A program made the position numbers and the translations under genes. DNA of 64,000 nt, taken from contig JABEVE010000004.1 of assembly GCA_013044035.1 (NCBI GenBank), forward strand, positions 7,588 to 71,587, given 5' to 3'. Each line of letters opens with the position of its first letter. Position 1 is the stretch's first letter. Under the pieces are notes generated by a model. That model had not been told where the DNA came from, made no database searches, and saw nothing but the letters and a program-made list of their open reading frames with translations. Source of the stretch: Burkholderiales bacterium. GTDB lineage: Bacteria > Pseudomonadota > Gammaproteobacteria > Burkholderiales > Burkholderiaceae_C. Below are positions 60,493-64,000 of this stretch, piece by piece.

Positions 60493-61644
60493 GTGCTGCG
60501 GGCCCCGCTGCGGCGCTGGTTCGCCGCCCTGCTTCAGGAGCGTCTGCTGCTCATTTTCGGCCTGCTCGCACTGGTCCTCGGAGTGGTCGATCCGCGCCCT
60601 TGGAGCCACTATCGTGGCTGGCTCGACCTTTCCACCCTGTTGGGGCTGGTGGCCTTGCTCGTCAGCATCGAGGCCATTCGCAGCAGCGGCTACGTTCAGC
60701 AGGCAGCGCGGGCTCTGACCCGGCGCATGCACAGCCTGCGCGAACTGGCACTACTGCTCGTGAGCGCCGCCGCCTTGCTGTCGATGCTGCTGACCAATGA
60801 CGTCAGCCTGTTCCTGCTCGTGCCCCTCACCGTGGCGCTTGGCGCCGAAGCCGAGATCCCGGTGCTCAGACTGGTGATCTTCGAGGCGCTGGCGGTGAAT
60901 GCCGGCTCCACCCTGAGCCCCATCGGCAATCCGCAGAACCTGCTGCTGTGGCAGCGCTCGGGCTTGTCGATGGTCGAGTTCCTCGCTGCCATGGCTCCCG
61001 CCTTCCTGGTGATGGCGGCCTTGCTGCTGGCCCTGACCTGGTTTGCATTTCCAGTCCGAGCCTTGCGACTGGGTGCAAGCGATGCAGCGTCCGTGCCGGG
61101 GTCGGCGCGCGATCCCGAACCCACACGCCCCATGCTCGGCGCGGTCGCGGGCCTGCTGCTCGCAGCCACCGTGGTTTTGCTCCAGGAAGGACGCGCTTCA
61201 TTGGCTTGCGGCGTGGTGCTGGTTGTTTTCGCTTTGGCTGACCGCAACGTGCTGAAGCGCGTCGACTGGCTGCTGCTGGCAACGTTTGCGACCATGTTCC
61301 TGGGGCTGGGGCATTTGGCGCAGTGGCCTCCAGTGCAGGCGCTGGTGCAGGCCCTGGACTGGAAGCAGGCCTGGGTGATGTTTCTGGGCGGCACGCTGCT
61401 GTCGCAGGTCATCAGCAACGTGCCCACCGCCGTGCTGCTATCGCACTACACCACAGACTACACCGCGCTGGCCGTGGCCGTGAACGTTGGCGGCTTTGGC
61501 CTGGGCATCGGTTCTCTGGCCAACTTGATTGCGCTGCGCCTGGAAGGCAGTCAGGGCGCGCTTGCAGTCTTCCACCGCACCAGCGTTCCATTCCTGTTGG
61601 TTTGTGCGCCACTGGTCTGGCTGGCGCAGCACGCCCTGGCCTGA
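60493..61644 (+). CDS. ArsB/NhaD/SLC13-type permease (YbiR-like)
   Basis: LTNDVSL, AVNAGSTLSPIGNPQNL, VDWLLL, SQVISNVP, GSLANLIA. Confidence 0.85.
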   Translation: MLRAPLRRWFAALLQERLLLIFGLLALVLGVVDPRPWSHYRGWLDLSTLLGLVALLVSIEAIRSSGYVQQAARALTRRMHSLRELALLLVSAAALLSMLLTNDVSLFLLVPLTVALGAEAEIPVLRLVIFEALAVNAGSTLSPIGNPQNLLLWQRSGLSMVEFLAAMAPAFLVMAALLLALTWFAFPVRALRLGASDAASVPGSARDPEPTRPMLGAVAGLLLAATVVLLQEGRASLACGVVLVVFALADRNVLKRVDWLLLATFATMFLGLGHLAQWPPVQALVQALDWKQAWVMFLGGTLLSQVISNVPTAVLLSHYTTDYTALAVAVNVGGFGLGIGSLANLIALRLEGSQGALAVFHRTSVPFLLVCAPLVWLAQHALA

Positions 61645-61888
61645 CGGCGGGCCCGTATCGTCGGGCTGCCCACAGGCCTGGCTTGCGGGGGGCATGCCTT
61701 GCGCAGCAGCTCGCAGCCGGCAGGCGCAGCCAGTCGAGGTCGTGGGTCGATGTCTCCAGCGCAGGCAACAGGCACATGTCAGAATGTTGCTTTGCGCGGG
61801 ACTGGGTCCAGCGGCGACTGCGCTGCCACATCCCCAGGGATTGCGCCGCCACGCTGGGCGGACTACGTGCAGGCCATACGGAGATGCC

Positions 61889-62791
61889 ATGCCCTACCTC
61901 ACCCTCGAACAAACCGTCGGCAACACCCCGCTGGTGCAACTGCAGCGCATCGCCGGCGCGGACAACGCGCGGCGTGGCAACGTCATTCTCGGCAAGCTCG
62001 AGGGCAACAACCCTGCAGGCTCGGTGAAAGATCGCCCAGCGCTGTCGATGATTCGCCGGGCGCAGGAGCGCGGCCAGATCAAGCCGGGCGACGTGCTGAT
62101 CGAGGCCACCTCCGGCAACACCGGCATCGCTCTGGCCATGGCTGCCGCCATCCTCGGCTACCGCATGATCCTCGTCATGCCTGAAGACCTGAGCATCGAA
62201 CGCGCCCAGACCATGAAGGCCTATGGTGCCGAAATCCTCCTGACTCCCAAGGCCGGCGGCATGGAGTACGCCCGCGATCTGGCCGAGCAGATGCAGCGCG
62301 ACGGCAAGGGCTTGATGCTCGACCAGTTCGCCAACGCCGACAACCCGCGCATTCATTTCGAGACCACCGGCCCTGAAATCTGGCGCGATACCGAAGGCCG
62401 CATCACCCATTTCGTCAGTGCCATGGGCACTACCGGCACCATCACCGGAGTGTCACGCTATCTCAAGACCCGGAACGAAGCCGTACAGATCATCGGAGCC
62501 CAGCCCGACGAGGGCTCGCGCATTCCCGGCATTCGCAAATGGCCGCAGGAATACCTGCCCAAGATTTACGAGCCGCAGCGTGTGGATCGGCTGGAGTACG
62601 TCAGCCAGAGCGCGGCCGAAAACATGGCACGCAAACTCGCGCGGGAAGAAGGTTTGTTCTGCGGCATCAGCGCCGCCGGCGCCTGTGAAGTGGCGCTGCG
62701 CATCGCCCGCGAGGTGGATAACGCCACCATCGTGTTCATCGTCTGCGATCGCGGCGACCGCTACCTGAGCACCGGGGTGTTTCCGGCATAG
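61889..62791 (+). CDS. cysM: Cysteine synthase B
   Basis: VGNTPLV, LEGNNPAGSVKDR, EATSGNTGI, IPGIRKWP, CDRGDRYLSTG. Confidence 0.96.
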   Translation: MPYLTLEQTVGNTPLVQLQRIAGADNARRGNVILGKLEGNNPAGSVKDRPALSMIRRAQERGQIKPGDVLIEATSGNTGIALAMAAAILGYRMILVMPEDLSIERAQTMKAYGAEILLTPKAGGMEYARDLAEQMQRDGKGLMLDQFANADNPRIHFETTGPEIWRDTEGRITHFVSAMGTTGTITGVSRYLKTRNEAVQIIGAQPDEGSRIPGIRKWPQEYLPKIYEPQRVDRLEYVSQSAAENMARKLAREEGLFCGISAAGACEVALRIAREVDNATIVFIVCDRGDRYLSTGVFPA

Positions 62792-63275
62792 CGTGTGACC
62801 TCGACGTTGCACTGAAAGCTTGCGACGTCCAATGCGTAGGGCCGTCGCGCCCGCCATCAACTGAGCGGTCAAGCCCAATTCGCTGCGAAAGTTGGTCTGC
62901 GGCTCCCGACAGCGGTCGAACAGCAGAACTTGCCTTGCAGTGTGGCAGTTTTACACAGGGCATTCTTCCGCAACCAGCCCGCGAAAGCCGCAATGTTTCA
63001 CGGCCGGAGGCGCTAGAAATTGCGTGCGGGATCCAGCGCCAACTTTGATGTATGTCAGCCTGCGATGGAATTGCGACCCTAAACTGGCATTAAGAATACC
63101 GCTTAATGCTTTGACTTTTACCAGCACGTTTGCATGGAACCGACAACACGCGAATTGTGAAAGGACGCGTCTCCGGAGCGCCCTGCTGGGGTTGGCGAGT
63201 GGATCTTCTACGCTCTCATCCCAACGCAAAAAATGCTGAGGCGAGCAGCGGCTCACCCGTGATCCGGAGGGTCTG

Positions 63276-63821
63276 ATGATCAATATCTATGCGGGCGTGA
63301 TTGCGATGGTTGGAATTTTTCTGATCATGGGCATCGGTTTTTTCGTCATTTCCCAAAGCACGGCAGACGAAGATGCCGCGAAGGTGACCCGCAGTGTCTA
63401 CCGGGTGCGGAAGTATTGGTTTTTCGCGCTCACGCTGATCCTCCTCGTCATTCTTGGTTTCACGATGCCGCGTGCCCCAAACCTCGATCAGTTCAAGGAA
63501 ACACCGCAGGCGGTCGTCGCGGTCAACGGAAAAATGTGGCAATGGACTCTCACGTCGGTGTCGGGCGCGACCACTGCCGACGGCATGCTGGTGCTCGGTT
63601 TGAACCGGACAGTCGAGTTTCGTGTCACGTCCAGCGATGTCAACCATGGCTTTGGCATCTATAACGCCGCCGGAACCCTGTTGACACAGGTGCAGGCCAT
63701 GCCCGGCTACACCAACCGCCTGCTCTATACGTTTCATACACCAGGGCTTTACAGCATTTTGTGCTTGGAATACTGCGGCGTCGGCCACCAAGTGATGGTT
63801 TCCCAATTCAAGGTCGAATGA
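63276..63821 (+). CDS. Heme-copper oxidase subunit II (CuA), B-family/ba3-like
   Basis: DVNHGF and CLEYCGVGHQVM CuA motif; short hydrophobic N-terminus. Confidence 0.88.
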   Translation: MINIYAGVIAMVGIFLIMGIGFFVISQSTADEDAAKVTRSVYRVRKYWFFALTLILLVILGFTMPRAPNLDQFKETPQAVVAVNGKMWQWTLTSVSGATTADGMLVLGLNRTVEFRVTSSDVNHGFGIYNAAGTLLTQVQAMPGYTNRLLYTFHTPGLYSILCLEYCGVGHQVMVSQFKVE

Positions 63822-63831
63822 GAGAACTTCC

Positions 63832-64000
63832 ATGAAACGCTCCGATTTGCTGCTCTACGCCGTCACGGTGCCTCTGGTGTTTATCGTTTTGCTGCTCGCC
63901 GGCATCGCCATGCGGCTGAACCAGGCGGATGTGCTGGCCATCGGTCCGACGCGTTTCTATGCGCTGATGACACTCCACGGGCTGGGCATGGTGGGCACCA
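63832..64000 (+). CDS. Heme-copper oxidase subunit I, N-terminus (truncated by window)
   Basis: TM then FYALMTLHGLGMV heme-ligand motif; follows subunit II. Confidence 0.8.
   Translation, partial: MKRSDLLLYAVTVPLVFIVLLLAGIAMRLNQADVLAIGPTRFYALMTLHGLGMVGT

Noticed and set aside
62892-63239. 115-aa ORF between cysM and oxidase subunit II
   Set aside because: No RBS, no recognisable motif, atypical composition; more likely regulatory DNA.

Overview
High-GC betaproteobacterial (Burkholderiales; Thiomonas-like by inference from gene order and protein style) chromosomal window in three parts. (1) 1-23636 is conserved core genome: tex (partial), fnr, a NUDIX hydrolase, a 2Fe-2S/FAD reductase, maiA, scpB-rluB, ndk-rlmN-pilW-rodZ-ispG-hisS-yfgM-bamB-der-hfq-hflXKC, hisZ-purA and a phosphoribosyltransferase. 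(2) 23646-44152 is a ~20.5 kb integrative mobilisable element in the 3' end of tRNA-Leu(CAA). It is bounded by a tRNA 3'-end repeat and carries a P4-type integrase with arm-type sites, an AlpA/Xis-like HTH, IncQ-like RepA/RepC plus a Toprim primase, a MOBC-type coupling protein/relaxase pair and a DUF4160/DUF2442 TA-like pair. Its cargo is almost all cell-envelope genes: a membrane-anchored PA14-like protein, a PagP-like barrel, a YadA-like adhesin, a glycine-zipper lipoprotein and a type IV pilin with its own sigma-54 promoter and enhancer dyads. Eight copies of a TTCGC-N8-GAAT motif precede island genes, including the relaxase. Four exported cargo proteins start with near-homologous 'MQ..LALAL' leaders. 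This motif-linked surface module is the most interesting signal found. (3) 44228-64000 holds a PAP2-TolC-MFP-RND-response regulator-kinase operon, ppc, hemCDXY, an ArsB/SLC13-type permease, cysM and the start of a B-family (ba3-like) heme-copper oxidase operon. Protein assignments come from recognised sequence motifs; no database searches were run.
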